Assembly (NCBI GenBank): GCA_038245905.1
Contig: JBBRRY010000001.1
Span: 32,001 to 96,000, forward strand
Length of the DNA stretch: 64,000 nucleotides
Source of the DNA: Thermoanaerobaculia bacterium
Lineage (GTDB): Bacteria; Acidobacteriota; Thermoanaerobaculia; UBA5066
Direction: 5' to 3'
In this document: piece after piece, positions 43,835-54,016 of the stretch
Position numbering within the stretch: position 1 is the first letter of the stretch
Layout of the letters: each line of letters starts with the position of its first letter
The notes under the pieces: model-generated
The model's database searches: none
Told to the model about the DNA's origin: nothing
The model's input: only the letters and a program-made list of their open reading frames with translations
Made by a program: the position numbers and the translations under genes

Positions 43835-45028
43835 ATGAAGGGTGCATTCTCGGCGGCCACGGCTGCCGCGGCCGCCGCCACTGCGAAGGCGACTCCTCTC
43901 GCGGCCTTCTGGACATTCCCCGCTGTCCTCTTCTCCGCCTTCCTCGTTTCCTGGGGGGCCGAGGCGGCCCAGTTTCTCGTCTCCCAGGGCCTCGCGCTCG
44001 CGATGCTCGCGTGGCTCCAGACGCTTCCGGAGTTCGCCGTCGAGGCCGTGATCGCGTGGGAGGCGGGTCGGGATCCCACGAAGCTCCACCTCGCGATCGC
44101 GAATTTCACGGGCTCGATTCGCTTGCTGGTCGGCCTGGGCTGGCCGCTCGTCTACTTCGTGGCCGCGTTCTTCGCCCGGCGAACCGGGAAGAGGAAGACC
44201 TGGAGCGCGATCACGTTCGACGACGAGCACGCCATCGAGATCGTGGGCCTCCTGCCTCCGCTCCTTTGGTTCACGGTCATCTGGTGGAAAGGCTCGCTCG
44301 GCCTTTTCGACGCCGCGATCCTCACCATCTGCTATGCGGCCTACCTCGTCGCGCTTCTGCGCATTCCTCCGCGCGTGGGCGACGTCGAGGAGATGGAAGA
44401 CCTGCCCGCCGTCTCGAGGTGGGCGCTCGCTCAGGGGTCGGGGCGGCGCGGCTGGGCTATCGCGGGGATTTTCCTCGTGGGAGGCGCGATTCTCGCCGTG
44501 TCGGCCCACGCCTTCGTCGAGTCGATGCTCGCGCTCGCGATCACGGCGGGCGTCTCGTCGTTCGTCTTCGTGCAGTGGGTCGCGCCTTTTCTCTCCGAGT
44601 TTCCCGAGAAGCTCTCGGCCTTCAACTGGGCGCGTCAAATCACGAAGGCGCCGATGGCGGTCATGAATCTCGTCTCGTCGACGATCAACCAGTGGTCGAT
44701 TCTCTCGGCGCTCATTCCGGTCATCTATTCGATCTCGAGAGGCACCCCGTCGGCGATCGTGTTCGACGCGCATCAGCGCGAGGAAATCCTCCTGACGATC
44801 CTCCAGAGTTTTCTCGGGTGGCTCCTGCTCGTGAACCTCGACCTGCGCGCTTTCGAGGCGGGCATCCTGTTCGTGTTTTGGTTGGTTCAATTCGCCCTGC
44901 CGTCGACACGAGGTCCGATGATCTTCGTATACGCTGGCTGGTGCGGAGTGGAGATGGCGATGATCGCGATCGGAAAACGAAAACCGCGCGCCTTCGAGGC
45001 CGCCTGGCGCGTCCTGAGACTGCGGTGA
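43835..45028 (+). CDS. Na+/Ca2+ (CaCA family) antiporter-like protein
   Basis: Alpha repeats LQTLPEFAVE..ANFTGS and PFLSEFPEK..NLVSSTINQW; about 10 TM. Confidence 0.85.
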   Translation: MKGAFSAATAAAAAATAKATPLAAFWTFPAVLFSAFLVSWGAEAAQFLVSQGLALAMLAWLQTLPEFAVEAVIAWEAGRDPTKLHLAIANFTGSIRLLVGLGWPLVYFVAAFFARRTGKRKTWSAITFDDEHAIEIVGLLPPLLWFTVIWWKGSLGLFDAAILTICYAAYLVALLRIPPRVGDVEEMEDLPAVSRWALAQGSGRRGWAIAGIFLVGGAILAVSAHAFVESMLALAITAGVSSFVFVQWVAPFLSEFPEKLSAFNWARQITKAPMAVMNLVSSTINQWSILSALIPVIYSISRGTPSAIVFDAHQREEILLTILQSFLGWLLLVNLDLRAFEAGILFVFWLVQFALPSTRGPMIFVYAGWCGVEMAMIAIGKRKPRAFEAAWRVLRLR

Positions 45029-46215
45029 AGTTCGCCGCCCGCGCCTCGCGTGTAGCCGGGTCGGCCACGCTCGCCGTTCTGAAGGCGGCTGGCGCCCTGC
45101 GCGCAAGGGGTGTCGACGTCGTGGACTTCGGCCCCGGGGAACCGGACTTTCCGACGCCGGCTTTCGTGAAGTGCGCCGCGATCGACGCCATCGACGCGGA
45201 TTTCACGAAATACACGGACACGTCGGGCATTCCAGAGCTGCGCGAGGCCATCGCTGCGTGCTACCGCGTGGAGTGGGACGCGCCGTACACGGCCTCGGAG
45301 GTCCTCGTGACGGCGGGCGGCAAGCAGGCGCTGCACACGGCGTGTCTCGCGCTCTTCGAGGAAGGCGATGATGTCCTCGTCCCGTCGCCCTACTGGGTGT
45401 CGTTCCCCGAGATGGTGACGCTTGCGGGCGCGCGCAGCGTGTTCGTGCCGACGAGCGCCGATTCCGGCTTCCGCCTGACGGCGGCCGACGTGGAGCGCGC
45501 CGCGACGCTCGCGACGCGGGGCATCATCGTGAATTCACCGAACAACCCGACGGGGGCGGTGATGGAACCCGCGGAGATCGAAGGAGTCATCCGGCTCGCC
45601 GCCTCGCACGGCTGGACGGTGCTCTTCGACGAGTGCTATGACCGTTTTGTCTTCGAGGGCCGGCACCTCTCGGCGGCGTCGCTCGCCCGGGAATTCCCCG
45701 AGACGATTCTCGTGGCCGGAACGCTCTCGAAGACCTACGCGATGACGGGCTGGCGTGTCGGCTTCGCGGCCGGGCCGAAGCCTCTCATCGACCTGATGGG
45801 CCGCATCGTGGGCCACGCGACGTCGAACGTCTGCTCCATCACGCAGCGGGCCGCCCTGGCGGCGCTCACGCGTCCCGACGAAGCGGGGCCGGTCGTCGAA
45901 AGCATGCTGAGAGAGTACGCGCGCCGGAGGGAGTTCCTGATCCCCGCGCTCAACGCACTGCCGGGTGTCACCTGTTCGCCGCCTGGTGGCGCCTTCTACG
46001 CTTTCCCGGATGTCTCGGCGCATTACGGACGGACCCTGGGCGGGGTCGATGTGACCGGCTCCGAGAGCTTCGCGAAGGCTCTCCTCGACAGCGTCGCGGT
46101 GGCGGTGACCCCGGGTGTCGCGTTCGGCGAGGACCGGTGCGTCCGGCTCTCGTTCGCGACGTCTCGCGCGCGCCTCGAAGAGGGTATCTCCCGCCTCGCG
46201 CGCGTTCTCTCTTAG
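45025..46215 (+). CDS. class I PLP-dependent aminotransferase (aspartate aminotransferase-like)
   Basis: GEPDFPTP, GGKQAL, PYWVS, NSPNNPTG, DECY, SKTYAMTGWRVG, GAFY, VRLSFA. Confidence 0.93.
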   Translation: MKFAARASRVAGSATLAVLKAAGALRARGVDVVDFGPGEPDFPTPAFVKCAAIDAIDADFTKYTDTSGIPELREAIAACYRVEWDAPYTASEVLVTAGGKQALHTACLALFEEGDDVLVPSPYWVSFPEMVTLAGARSVFVPTSADSGFRLTAADVERAATLATRGIIVNSPNNPTGAVMEPAEIEGVIRLAASHGWTVLFDECYDRFVFEGRHLSAASLAREFPETILVAGTLSKTYAMTGWRVGFAAGPKPLIDLMGRIVGHATSNVCSITQRAALAALTRPDEAGPVVESMLREYARRREFLIPALNALPGVTCSPPGGAFYAFPDVSAHYGRTLGGVDVTGSESFAKALLDSVAVAVTPGVAFGEDRCVRLSFATSRARLEEGISRLARVLS

Positions 46216-47195
46216 CGATAGCGGACGTCTCCCGGCGTTGCGGGCGGAGCCGTCTTCTCGATGGCGACACGGTCGCGCCCGGCCTTCTTGGCCGTGTAGA
46301 GCGCGGCGTCCGCGCGGGCGATGAGCGACGCGAGCGAGGTCTTCTCGAACAGGCCCTGGTGAACGGATACGCCGGCCGAAACGGTGATCGGCCGCGCGAC
46401 GCGCGGAGGGCCGAGGGCCGCGACGGCGCCGCGAATGCGTTCCAGCGCCGGCAGAGCGGCATCCATGTCGGCCTCCACGAAAAGAACGATGAACTCCTCG
46501 CCCCCGTAGCGGCCCGCCGCGTCGATTCCGCGGACCGTCCGCGCGATGGCGCGCGCGACCGACGTCAGGGCGGCGTCTCCCGCGGGATGCCCGTAGCGGT
46601 CGTTGAAGCTCTTGAAGTGGTCGAGATCGAGCATCGCGAGAGCGAGGGGACGGCCTGTCCGCCCCGCCCGCGCGAGCTCGGCCCGGGCCCTTTCTTCGAA
46701 CGCCGCGCGGTTCAGGAGGCCGGTGAGCGGGTCCGTCGTCGCACGCGTGAAGAGGCGCCTCTCTTGCTCGGCCACGCGAGGAAGCAGAAGCGCGGTGAAG
46801 ACGACGAAACCGACTCCGAGCGGTGGAAACACGGGGGTCGCGACGAGGACTCCCCGGCGCGCCGCGAGCTCGGCACTTGCGGACAGCACGAGCACGCTGA
46901 AGGCCGCGAAGAGGAAGGCGCGCGCGGGACGGTTTCCGCCCGAGAGAAGCAGGAGGAAGGCCGCGGCGAGAAAGGGGAGCGAGAGGGCGAGGCCCGTCTC
47001 GAGGCGCTGCCGCACGGGGCCGCTGAAGAGAAACGGCGCTCCGAGGAGCAGGGCGACGCCGAGCGCGAGCACGGCATAGAGAGCAAGAAGCCGTCTCCCG
47101 CGCGCGACGCCAATGAGCGTGAGCGCGACAATCCCGAAGGAGGCTGCCGTCATGGCGAAGAGCAGCGTCGCAACCTGCGTCCGTGGGAGCCACAT
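46212..47195 (-). CDS. membrane-bound diguanylate cyclase
   Basis: 5-6 TM; DPLTGLLNR, DLDHFKSFNDRYGHPAGD, RYGGEEF, ADAALYTAK..GRDR. Confidence 0.93.
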   Translation of the reverse strand: MWLPRTQVATLLFAMTAASFGIVALTLIGVARGRRLLALYAVLALGVALLLGAPFLFSGPVRQRLETGLALSLPFLAAAFLLLLSGGNRPARAFLFAAFSVLVLSASAELAARRGVLVATPVFPPLGVGFVVFTALLLPRVAEQERRLFTRATTDPLTGLLNRAAFEERARAELARAGRTGRPLALAMLDLDHFKSFNDRYGHPAGDAALTSVARAIARTVRGIDAAGRYGGEEFIVLFVEADMDAALPALERIRGAVAALGPPRVARPITVSAGVSVHQGLFEKTSLASLIARADAALYTAKKAGRDRVAIEKTAPPATPGDVRYR

Positions 47196-47357
47196 GCCGT
47201 TTCTAGAATGCCACGCCGGGCGAAGCGGGAGCGGACGGCCTCCAACGGCAAGGATTGATTAGCCGATGTGAATAGGATAACGTCAGCGGACGGAAGAATT
47301 CCGGTTAGGCGGTCAAGTGTTTTCGAGCCGCGCTCCGTGATCTTTCGAGAGGTGTGT

Positions 47358-48683
47358 TTGAACAGAGCTTCGAAGAGCGCGCGTTCGAGAACGTCCTCCG
47401 TCCTGAAGACCTTCGGGCTCGCGACGATCGCCCTGGGCCTTTTCCTCGTCTTCGTCGAGCGATCGAGTCAGGCGCGCGCCCAGAGCGGCACTTTCCGCGC
47501 GGTTTCGTCAGCGGGTCAGCAGGATGTTTCGCGCCGCGTCGTTCAGGTTCGTTCGAGACGCCCGAACTCTCAGACCCCCTTGAATTGTAACGAGACCGCC
47601 CTCAAGCTAATCGTGAATCAGAACCCGACGGGCTTCATCGTGAACGGTTCTACGGAAACGTACATTCTCACGATGTCGAACAGGAGCAGCAATCCGCCGA
47701 CGACTACCGCGTGCGACGCCGACACGATCAACATCACATTCTTCTGTCCAAAGGCGGACGGAACGCCCGACCTCGGGGCTCCGATCACAGTGGCGTCCGG
47801 GTTCTCGTCTCCTTCCGAGACCAGCAACACGTTCGCGCCGATCGGCTGCCCCATCAATGTGAACAACGGCGTTCTCATCGCGACGGCCCGCGCGGATTTC
47901 AGCGGCATCGTGCATGCGGCGCCCCTCTTCGACGACTCGGTCTCGGGGAGCAAGACGATCACGGTTGCAGTTCTCGCTCCGACGGCCACCCCGACAATTA
48001 CGCCGACGTCGACGCCCACGTCGACGTTCACCCCCACGCCCACCATAACGCCCACGTCGACTCCGTCGGACACGCCCACCGTGACGCCAACACCCACCCT
48101 TACGCCGACACCCACCCAGACGCCGACAGACACCCCGACGCCGACCATCACCCAGACGCCGACGCAGACGCCGACGCAGACGCCGACGGCGACACCGTCC
48201 GTGACTCCTCCACCACCGACGCCGACGAATACGCCGACGGATACGCTGACGCCGACCGTCACCCAGACCCCCACCCGGACGCCGACGAATACGCCGACGG
48301 CGACACCGTCCGTGACACCACCGCCACCGACGCCGACGGATACGCCGACGAACACGCCGACGCCCACTTTGACGCCGACGCAGACCCCAACGGGAACTCA
48401 GACGGCGACGAATACGCCGACTCTGACGCCCACGGGAACGGCGACGAATACCCCGACCGTCACGCCGACGTCGACACAGTTGTCGACCACGACGCCGACG
48501 TCGACGCCTACCGCTACGTCCACCGTGACTCAGTCGACGACGCCCGCTCTGACTCCGACCTTTACGCCAATTGGCGGTGGCGGCGGGGGTTCGAAAGACG
48601 TTCCCGCGCTGTCTCCCCTGATGCTCGTCCTCCTCGGCGTCGCACTCGCGGGAGCCGGGCTTCTCTCCTCGAGACAGAGCTAG
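47358..48683 (+). CDS. secreted Pro/Thr-rich protein with IPTL-CTERM (exosortase) sorting signal
   Basis: GAGG RBS plus TTG; signal peptide; Cys-containing beta domain; about 195-aa TPT-repeat stalk; C-terminal [27 protein letters not shown]. Confidence 0.8.
   Translation: MNRASKSARSRTSSVLKTFGLATIALGLFLVFVERSSQARAQSGTFRAVSSAGQQDVSRRVVQVRSRRPNSQTPLNCNETALKLIVNQNPTGFIVNGSTETYILTMSNRSSNPPTTTACDADTINITFFCPKADGTPDLGAPITVASGFSSPSETSNTFAPIGCPINVNNGVLIATARADFSGIVHAAPLFDDSVSGSKTITVAVLAPTATPTITPTSTPTSTFTPTPTITPTSTPSDTPTVTPTPTLTPTPTQTPTDTPTPTITQTPTQTPTQTPTATPSVTPPPPTPTNTPTDTLTPTVTQTPTRTPTNTPTATPSVTPPPPTPTDTPTNTPTPTLTPTQTPTGTQTATNTPTLTPTGTATNTPTVTPTSTQLSTTTPTSTPTATSTVTQSTTPALTPTFTPIGGGGGGSKDVPALSPLMLVLLGVALAGAGLLSSRQS
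47979..48570 (+). repeat. coding (T-P-T-x) tandem repeat
   Basis: ACGCCGACG-type repeats; duplicated [16 protein letters not shown] units. Confidence 0.9.
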
Positions 48684-48686
48684 GGC

Positions 48687-50246
48687 TCATAGCTTCGACG
48701 CGGGATCGTCGCTGAACGCCTTCACGAGGAGGTGTTTCTGGACCTTGCCGAGCGCGTTGCGGGGCAGGTCCGGGACCGCGTGAACCTCGCGTGGCTTCTT
48801 GAAGTCGGCGAGATGCTCGGCCGCGAAGGCGGCGACCGCCTCGCAGACGGCTGCCGTTTTCCCCGTCGGCCCGGCGTCCTTGAGAACGATGGCCGCGGCG
48901 ACGCGCTGGCCCCAGACACGATCCGGAAGCCCGACGACCGCGGCGTCCTTGACGGCGGGATGCCGCCGGAGGACGTCCTCGATCTCTCTCGCCGAGATCT
49001 TGAAGCCTCCGCTCTTGATGATGTCGACGGACCTGCGGCCGACGATCGTCACATAGCCGTCGATGTCGCGCCGCGCCACGTCACCGGTCAGAAACCAGCC
49101 GTCCCGGAACGCGGCCGCCGTCTCGTCGGAGCGCCGCCAATAGCCATTCATGAGGCCATTGCCTTTCACCTGGATCTCGCCGAGCTCTCCCACGGGGGAC
49201 TCGCGTCCCTCGTCGTCAACGAGCCGGACCGAGCAGCCCGGGACCGGAAATCCCACGGTCCCTGGGCGCCGCTCGCCGTCATGGGGATTCGAGAGCGTGA
49301 AGAGCGTTTCGCTCATCCCATAGCGCTCCAGGATCGCGTGGCCGGTCTTCTCCTGAAAGGCGCGGAAGTCGGACGCCGGAAGGGGCGAGCTGCCCGCCGT
49401 GAAGAGACGGGCTCTCCGAAGAGCGGCGGCGGCTTCGGGCTGCGCATCCAGGTGCTCCAGGAGCCGGACGTACATCGTGGGGACGCCCATGAAGGCGGTG
49501 GCACTCTCGCGCGCGAAGGCCTCGACGGCGCGGGCCGCGTCGAAGCGTTCTTCGAGGAGGAGCGTGAAGCCCTTGACGAGCGCGCCCGCGACGCCGAGGC
49601 AGAGCCCGTGCACGTGGAAGAGGGGAAGCGCGAGGACGAGACGGTCGAGCTCCGAGAACCGCCAGAGGTCCATCACGGCGCGCGTGTTCGCCTCGAGCGC
49701 GCGGTGCGAAAGCGCGACGCCCTTGCTCTGGCCGGTCGTGCCCGAGGTGTAGATGAGCATCGCCACGTCGTTGTCGGCTGGCGGCTCGGATTCGGAGGAA
49801 GAGGGGAAGATCTGCTTAGAAGGTGAAGAGGGAAGAGGGAGAGGAACCGCGTCGGCCAGGGCGATGACGTGCTTCAGACGCGGGGGCCTGCTCATTCTAA
49901 GAATCTCTCTTAGGACCTCATTGCACTCTTCCCCCTCATCGCCCACGAGCACCGCGACGGCGCCCGAGTCCTCGAGAATGTGCCGAGCCTCGCCGGCCTT
50001 GTACCGCGTGTTGATCGGGACGTGAATGACGCCCGAGGCGAGGTGTCCGATGAAAACGGCGATCAGCTCGGGGCGGGTCTCGGCGAAGATCGCCACGCGG
50101 TCACCGCGCTGGACGCCCGCCCGCTCGAGGAAGGCCACGTATTCGCCCGCCCACTGCCGCATTTCTTCGAATGTGTAAGACCGGCCCTTCCACACGACCG
50201 CCGGATCCGCCGCGCGGGTGCGCAGGCAGGACAAGAGGCTCGTCAT
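48687..50246 (-). CDS. acyl-CoA synthetase, malonyl-CoA synthetase (MatB)-like
   Basis: YTSGTTGQSKG, LPLFHVHGL, ILERYGMSET (MatB-type ERYGMTE), GWFLTGD, IIKSGG, LPRNALGKVQK. Confidence 0.85.
   Translation of the reverse strand: MTSLLSCLRTRAADPAVVWKGRSYTFEEMRQWAGEYVAFLERAGVQRGDRVAIFAETRPELIAVFIGHLASGVIHVPINTRYKAGEARHILEDSGAVAVLVGDEGEECNEVLREILRMSRPPRLKHVIALADAVPLPLPSSPSKQIFPSSSESEPPADNDVAMLIYTSGTTGQSKGVALSHRALEANTRAVMDLWRFSELDRLVLALPLFHVHGLCLGVAGALVKGFTLLLEERFDAARAVEAFARESATAFMGVPTMYVRLLEHLDAQPEAAAALRRARLFTAGSSPLPASDFRAFQEKTGHAILERYGMSETLFTLSNPHDGERRPGTVGFPVPGCSVRLVDDEGRESPVGELGEIQVKGNGLMNGYWRRSDETAAAFRDGWFLTGDVARRDIDGYVTIVGRRSVDIIKSGGFKISAREIEDVLRRHPAVKDAAVVGLPDRVWGQRVAAAIVLKDAGPTGKTAAVCEAVAAFAAEHLADFKKPREVHAVPDLPRNALGKVQKHLLVKAFSDDPASKL
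49794..49911. repeat. dispersed motif, cluster 6: + copy 49806-49839; - copy 49891-49911
   Basis: GAAGATCTGCTTAGAAGGTGAAGAGGGAAGAGGG; rc AAGAGAGATTCTTAGAATGAG (17 nt identical to 41561-41577). Confidence 0.8.
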
Positions 50247-50962
50247 ACCGACGCGTGTCCCAGATAGCCGTCCCGGACACGCGGGTCGGCGAGAAGCTCT
50301 TTCGCCGTCCCCGTCAGCGTGACGCGGCCCGTTTCGAGGACATAGGCGCGGTCGGCGAGCGCGAGGGCATGCGGCACGTTCTGCTCGACGAGGACAATCG
50401 TCACGCCGCGGGTACGAATGGCCCGGAGCGACGCGAAGACCTCGCGGACGAGGAGCGGGGAAAGCCCCAGAGCCGGCTCGTCCAAGAGGAGCAGGCGCGG
50501 CTGCGCCATCAGGCCGCGTCCGATCGCGCACATCTGCTGTTCGCCGCCCGAGAGCGTTCCCGCCTTCTGGGAGGTTCGCCGCTCGAGCACGGGAAACATC
50601 CTGAAGATTTCTCCGAGGGTGGCTTCGGCCCGCCCACGAGCGTGCTTCGAGTACGCACCCATCCGGAGGTTCTCGAGGACCGTCATGGCCGGCCAGAGCT
50701 GCCGGCCTTCGGGCACGAGCACGATTCCGTCAGAGGCCAGCTCGTTGGCGGGTCTGCCGCCGACGTCCTTTCCGTCGAAGACCACTCGCCCCGCCCTCGG
50801 TACGAGGAGGCCGGCTACGGCGCGAAGAGTCGTCGACTTCCCGGCCCCATTCGCTCCGATGAGAGTGACGACTTCGCCTGCCTCGACGTTGAACGAGAGG
50901 TTTCGCACCGCCTGGACGTCGCCGTAGAGCACGTCGAGGGATTCGACGGAAAGCAGGCTCAC
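50243..50962 (-). CDS. livF: branched-chain amino acid-type ABC transporter ATPase
   Basis: GANGAGKST, VPEGR, LSGGEQQM, LLDEPALGLSP, VEQN. Confidence 0.9.
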   Translation of the reverse strand: MSLLSVESLDVLYGDVQAVRNLSFNVEAGEVVTLIGANGAGKSTTLRAVAGLLVPRAGRVVFDGKDVGGRPANELASDGIVLVPEGRQLWPAMTVLENLRMGAYSKHARGRAEATLGEIFRMFPVLERRTSQKAGTLSGGEQQMCAIGRGLMAQPRLLLLDEPALGLSPLLVREVFASLRAIRTRGVTIVLVEQNVPHALALADRAYVLETGRVTLTGTAKELLADPRVRDGYLGHASV

Positions 50963-51702
50963 GCGGCACCCGCGTCGTCCCCGAGGTAGGCCGCGACGAC
51001 CTCCGGATTGCGAAGAACCTCGCGCGGCACTCCCTCGGCGATCATTTCGCCGAAGTTCAGCACCAGAATGCGATCCGTCACGCCCGCGACGGCGTGGACG
51101 TGGTGCTCGATCATGAGCACGGTCAGCCCCGAGTCGCGGATCGCCCGAACGAGGGACATCGCCGCTACGATCTCGGAAGGATTCAGTCCCCCCATGACCT
51201 CGTCGAGACAGAGGACCGCGGGCTCCGTCGCGAGAGCGCGCGCGATCTCGAGACGCTTGAGGTCGCCGATCGGGAGGGCCATCGCGAGAGATCCGGTTCG
51301 GGCCCCCAGGCCCGTACGCTCGAGGATCTCCGCCACGCGCCGGCGCGCGTCCGCCCCGCGCCTCTGTCCCGCTCCGAAGTGGGCGCCGATCGAAACGTTC
51401 GCCTCGACGGTCATCTCGCGGAAGGGGCGCGGAATCTGATGAGTCCTCACGAGCCCGCGCGCGACGACGGCGTAGTTGGGAAGGCCCGCGATCTCCCTTC
51501 CCTGGAACCGAATCGAACCCGAAGTCGGAGGCAGGGATCCGACGAGGCAGGAGAAGAGCGTCGTCTTGCCGGCGCCGTTCGGGCCGATGACGCCGTAGAT
51601 CTCGCCCTCGGTGACGGAAAATGTCACGTCCGAGAGGGCGAGAAGCCCCCCGAAGCGCTTCTTCAGCGCCCGTACGGAAAGGATCGGTTCAGGCATCGGC
51701 AT
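50959..51702 (-). CDS. livG: branched-chain amino acid-type ABC transporter ATPase
   Basis: FGGL, GPNGAGKTT, RTHQ, LEIARAL, LDEVMGGLN, IEH, AYLG. Confidence 0.9.
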   Translation of the reverse strand: MPMPEPILSVRALKKRFGGLLALSDVTFSVTEGEIYGVIGPNGAGKTTLFSCLVGSLPPTSGSIRFQGREIAGLPNYAVVARGLVRTHQIPRPFREMTVEANVSIGAHFGAGQRRGADARRRVAEILERTGLGARTGSLAMALPIGDLKRLEIARALATEPAVLCLDEVMGGLNPSEIVAAMSLVRAIRDSGLTVLMIEHHVHAVAGVTDRILVLNFGEMIAEGVPREVLRNPEVVAAYLGDDAGAA

Positions 51703-52627
51703 AGAAGCGCCGGAGGCGCCGGTCGAAGAACCTCCTCAAGAGTCCGAGGATGCCCTTCGGCTCGAACAGCATGACGACGATGAGGAGCGTGCCGTAGAGG
51801 AAGAGGTACGAGTCGCGCAGGGCGGGGATCGAAAGGAGCTTTACCTGCAGGGTCGAAAAGACCAGGGCCCCGAGGACGGGCCCGGCGATGGTCCCGACGC
51901 CTCCGACGATGGGCATGAGTACGATGCTCAGACTCAGCCGGAAGTCGAAGACCGAACCGGGGGCGATGTACTGGAAGTTGATCGCGTAGAGACCGCCCGC
52001 GACGGCGACGAGGGCCGCCGAAAGCGCATGCGCCGCGAGCTTGAAACGCGTCGAATCGATGCCGAGCGCCTCCGCCGCGTCGATGTCCTGCCGGATGGCG
52101 GCGAGAGCCTGCCCGAAAGCGCTGCGTTTCACGAACGCCGCGAGCGCGACGACCGCGATCGCAAGCGTGGCCATCGACAGGTAGTTGAGCGTGAAGTCGA
52201 ACGAGCCCGGAGGCATCCGGAGGCCGCTCGATCCTCCCGTGAAGGAGACGCTCGAGGCGCAGACGCGGACGACTTCGCCGACGCCGATCGTCGCGATCGT
52301 GAAGTAGGGTCCTCGCAGCCGGAACGCGGGAAGACCGACAAGGACCGAGAAAGCGGCCGCGAGAGCGGCTCCGAGGGGCAGCGTGAGGAACGGGTTCATG
52401 CCGCGTAGCGAGAGCAGCACCGTCGCGTAGGCCCCGATCCCGAGAAAAGCCGAGTAACCCAGCGAGACCTGCCCGGCGAACCCTCCCAGCAGATTCCACG
52501 CCGACGCGAGGACGACGGCGAACGCCAGGCTCCAGACGTCGTTCAACGTGCCGCGTTCGAGCATAAGAGGGGCGGCGAGGGCGAGAACGCCGAGCGCTGC
52601 TCCGGACGCCCAGGGGAAAGCCTTCAC
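51689..52627 (-). CDS. livM: branched-chain amino acid-type ABC permease
   Basis: WNLLGGFAGQVSLG, RLRGPYFTIAT, AIRQD..A..LG, IVGGVGT..GP. Confidence 0.9.
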   Translation of the reverse strand: MKAFPWASGAALGVLALAAPLMLERGTLNDVWSLAFAVVLASAWNLLGGFAGQVSLGYSAFLGIGAYATVLLSLRGMNPFLTLPLGAALAAAFSVLVGLPAFRLRGPYFTIATIGVGEVVRVCASSVSFTGGSSGLRMPPGSFDFTLNYLSMATLAIAVVALAAFVKRSAFGQALAAIRQDIDAAEALGIDSTRFKLAAHALSAALVAVAGGLYAINFQYIAPGSVFDFRLSLSIVLMPIVGGVGTIAGPVLGALVFSTLQVKLLSIPALRDSYLFLYGTLLIVVMLFEPKGILGLLRRFFDRRLRRFYADA

Positions 52628-53529
52628 CGGATCGTCCGCGAACGCGCGAAGCGCGCGAAGAGCCCGGGCAGGCCCCGAGGGAACGCGACAAGGGCGACGA
52701 AGAGAAGAGCGAAGCTCACGGCGTCCTGGAACGACGTTGGAATCGTCGTCCAGACGGCGAGACCGTTCTCGAGGAGGGCGAGCACGAGCGCACCCGCTGC
52801 GACGCCGGTTACACTTTCCATGCCCCCGAGGACGATGATGCAGAAAGCCTTGAGGAGGAAGCTCCGCCCGAAGTCGGGCGTGAACGCGTAAAGAGTCGAG
52901 AGCATCCCGCCCGCGACGCCCGCGAAGGCCGTCCCGAGCCCGAACGCGACGGCCGAGATGCGGTCCGCGTCGACGCCCGCGAGCAGAGCCGCGTCCCGGT
53001 TCTGGGTGACGGCGCGGATGGCCTTCCCGAGGTACGTCGCCTTCAGGACGACGTTCAGGAAGACGAGCGACAGGACGCTCCCCGCGAACACGAAGAACGA
53101 AGGGACTCCGACCCTCACCCCGAACACGGCGACGGACTTCATCGTGTACCCCGTCAGGATGGACTGCGTGTCGCCTGTCCATATGACGTACGCGAGGTTC
53201 TGGAGGACGAGCCAGACACCGAAGAGAAGGAGGAGCGACTCCATCGACGGAGTCGCGCCCGAGCGGGGGAGACGGCTCACGACGAGGTGGTAGAGGACGA
53301 CGCCGATCAGGAAGAAGAGGGGTCCCACGACGAAAAGCGAGAGAAACGGGTCGAGCGAGAAGCGCGTAAACAGCGTGAGCGTCGCATACGCGCCGAGCAT
53401 CATGAGGCCCGCGTGCGCGAGATTGATGATGCGCATGACGCCATAGATCACGGCGAGGCCATAGGCCATCGTCGCGTACAGCGCCGCGGAGATCACGGAG
53501 TTGACGAGGACCCCGGCAATGTCCTGCAA
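52624..53529 (-). CDS. livH: branched-chain amino acid-type ABC permease
   Basis: GLAVIYGVMRIINLAH, GKAIRAV, IVLGGM. Confidence 0.9.
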   Translation of the reverse strand: MQDIAGVLVNSVISAALYATMAYGLAVIYGVMRIINLAHAGLMMLGAYATLTLFTRFSLDPFLSLFVVGPLFFLIGVVLYHLVVSRLPRSGATPSMESLLLLFGVWLVLQNLAYVIWTGDTQSILTGYTMKSVAVFGVRVGVPSFFVFAGSVLSLVFLNVVLKATYLGKAIRAVTQNRDAALLAGVDADRISAVAFGLGTAFAGVAGGMLSTLYAFTPDFGRSFLLKAFCIIVLGGMESVTGVAAGALVLALLENGLAVWTTIPTSFQDAVSFALLFVALVAFPRGLPGLFARFARSRTIR

Positions 53530-53583
53530 GAGACCCCGAGCCTAGCAGGCCGGGTGCCTCCGCTGGGCCGTTGGCAAGAGCCC

Positions 53584-53937
53584 TTACGAGCGGGGCGGCG
53601 CCAGCGTGCGGACAAAGCGTGCCGTGGCGATTGCCGCGACGAGGGTCGGCGCCACGAGGACGACCAGGGACACCGGCAGGAAGAGATCCGGAGGAAGTGG
53701 CCGGAGGACGTAGAGCGCCCACGCCGCCAGCGCGCCGCCGAGGCACGCCACGATCAGGCCGCGGCCGAAGTACGCGTTGGCCTCGTACCAGACGTCCTCG
53801 TCGCCCATCGTGGCGCGGGTTCGGAATCCGTAGACGACGTTGGGGGGCACTTTCCGCAGGGCGAGCGGGATCGCCACCAGGACGAGGACGAGCGACAGTC
53901 CGAGGATGGTGAAGAAGCCTTTCTCAAAGACGGTCAT
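53584..53937 (-). CDS. SdpI family membrane protein
   Basis: GGAGG RBS; KVPPNVVYGFRT..WYEANAYFG; 3 TM. Confidence 0.85.
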   Translation of the reverse strand: MTVFEKGFFTILGLSLVLVLVAIPLALRKVPPNVVYGFRTRATMGDEDVWYEANAYFGRGLIVACLGGALAAWALYVLRPLPPDLFLPVSLVVLVAPTLVAAIATARFVRTLAPPRS

Positions 53938-54016
53938 TCGAAGCCTCCAGCGTTTCCGCACTACTTGGCCCGAGGCGTCATCGCACGGGGCGCCATCGCC
54001 GCGGCGTGCGGGTGTT

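Noticed and set aside
43088-46215. Apparent long N-terminal extensions on the antiporter (646-aa ORF), the aminotransferase (734-aa ORF) and the TrmH-family protein (407-aa ORF)
   Set aside because: The extensions overlap neighbouring real genes; family motifs begin at the downstream starts used (43835, 45025, 43782).
47979-48570. Regular repeats that could be mistaken for a CRISPR array or VNTR element
   Set aside because: In-frame Thr-Pro codon repeats with synonymous variation, no unique spacers and no cas genes.
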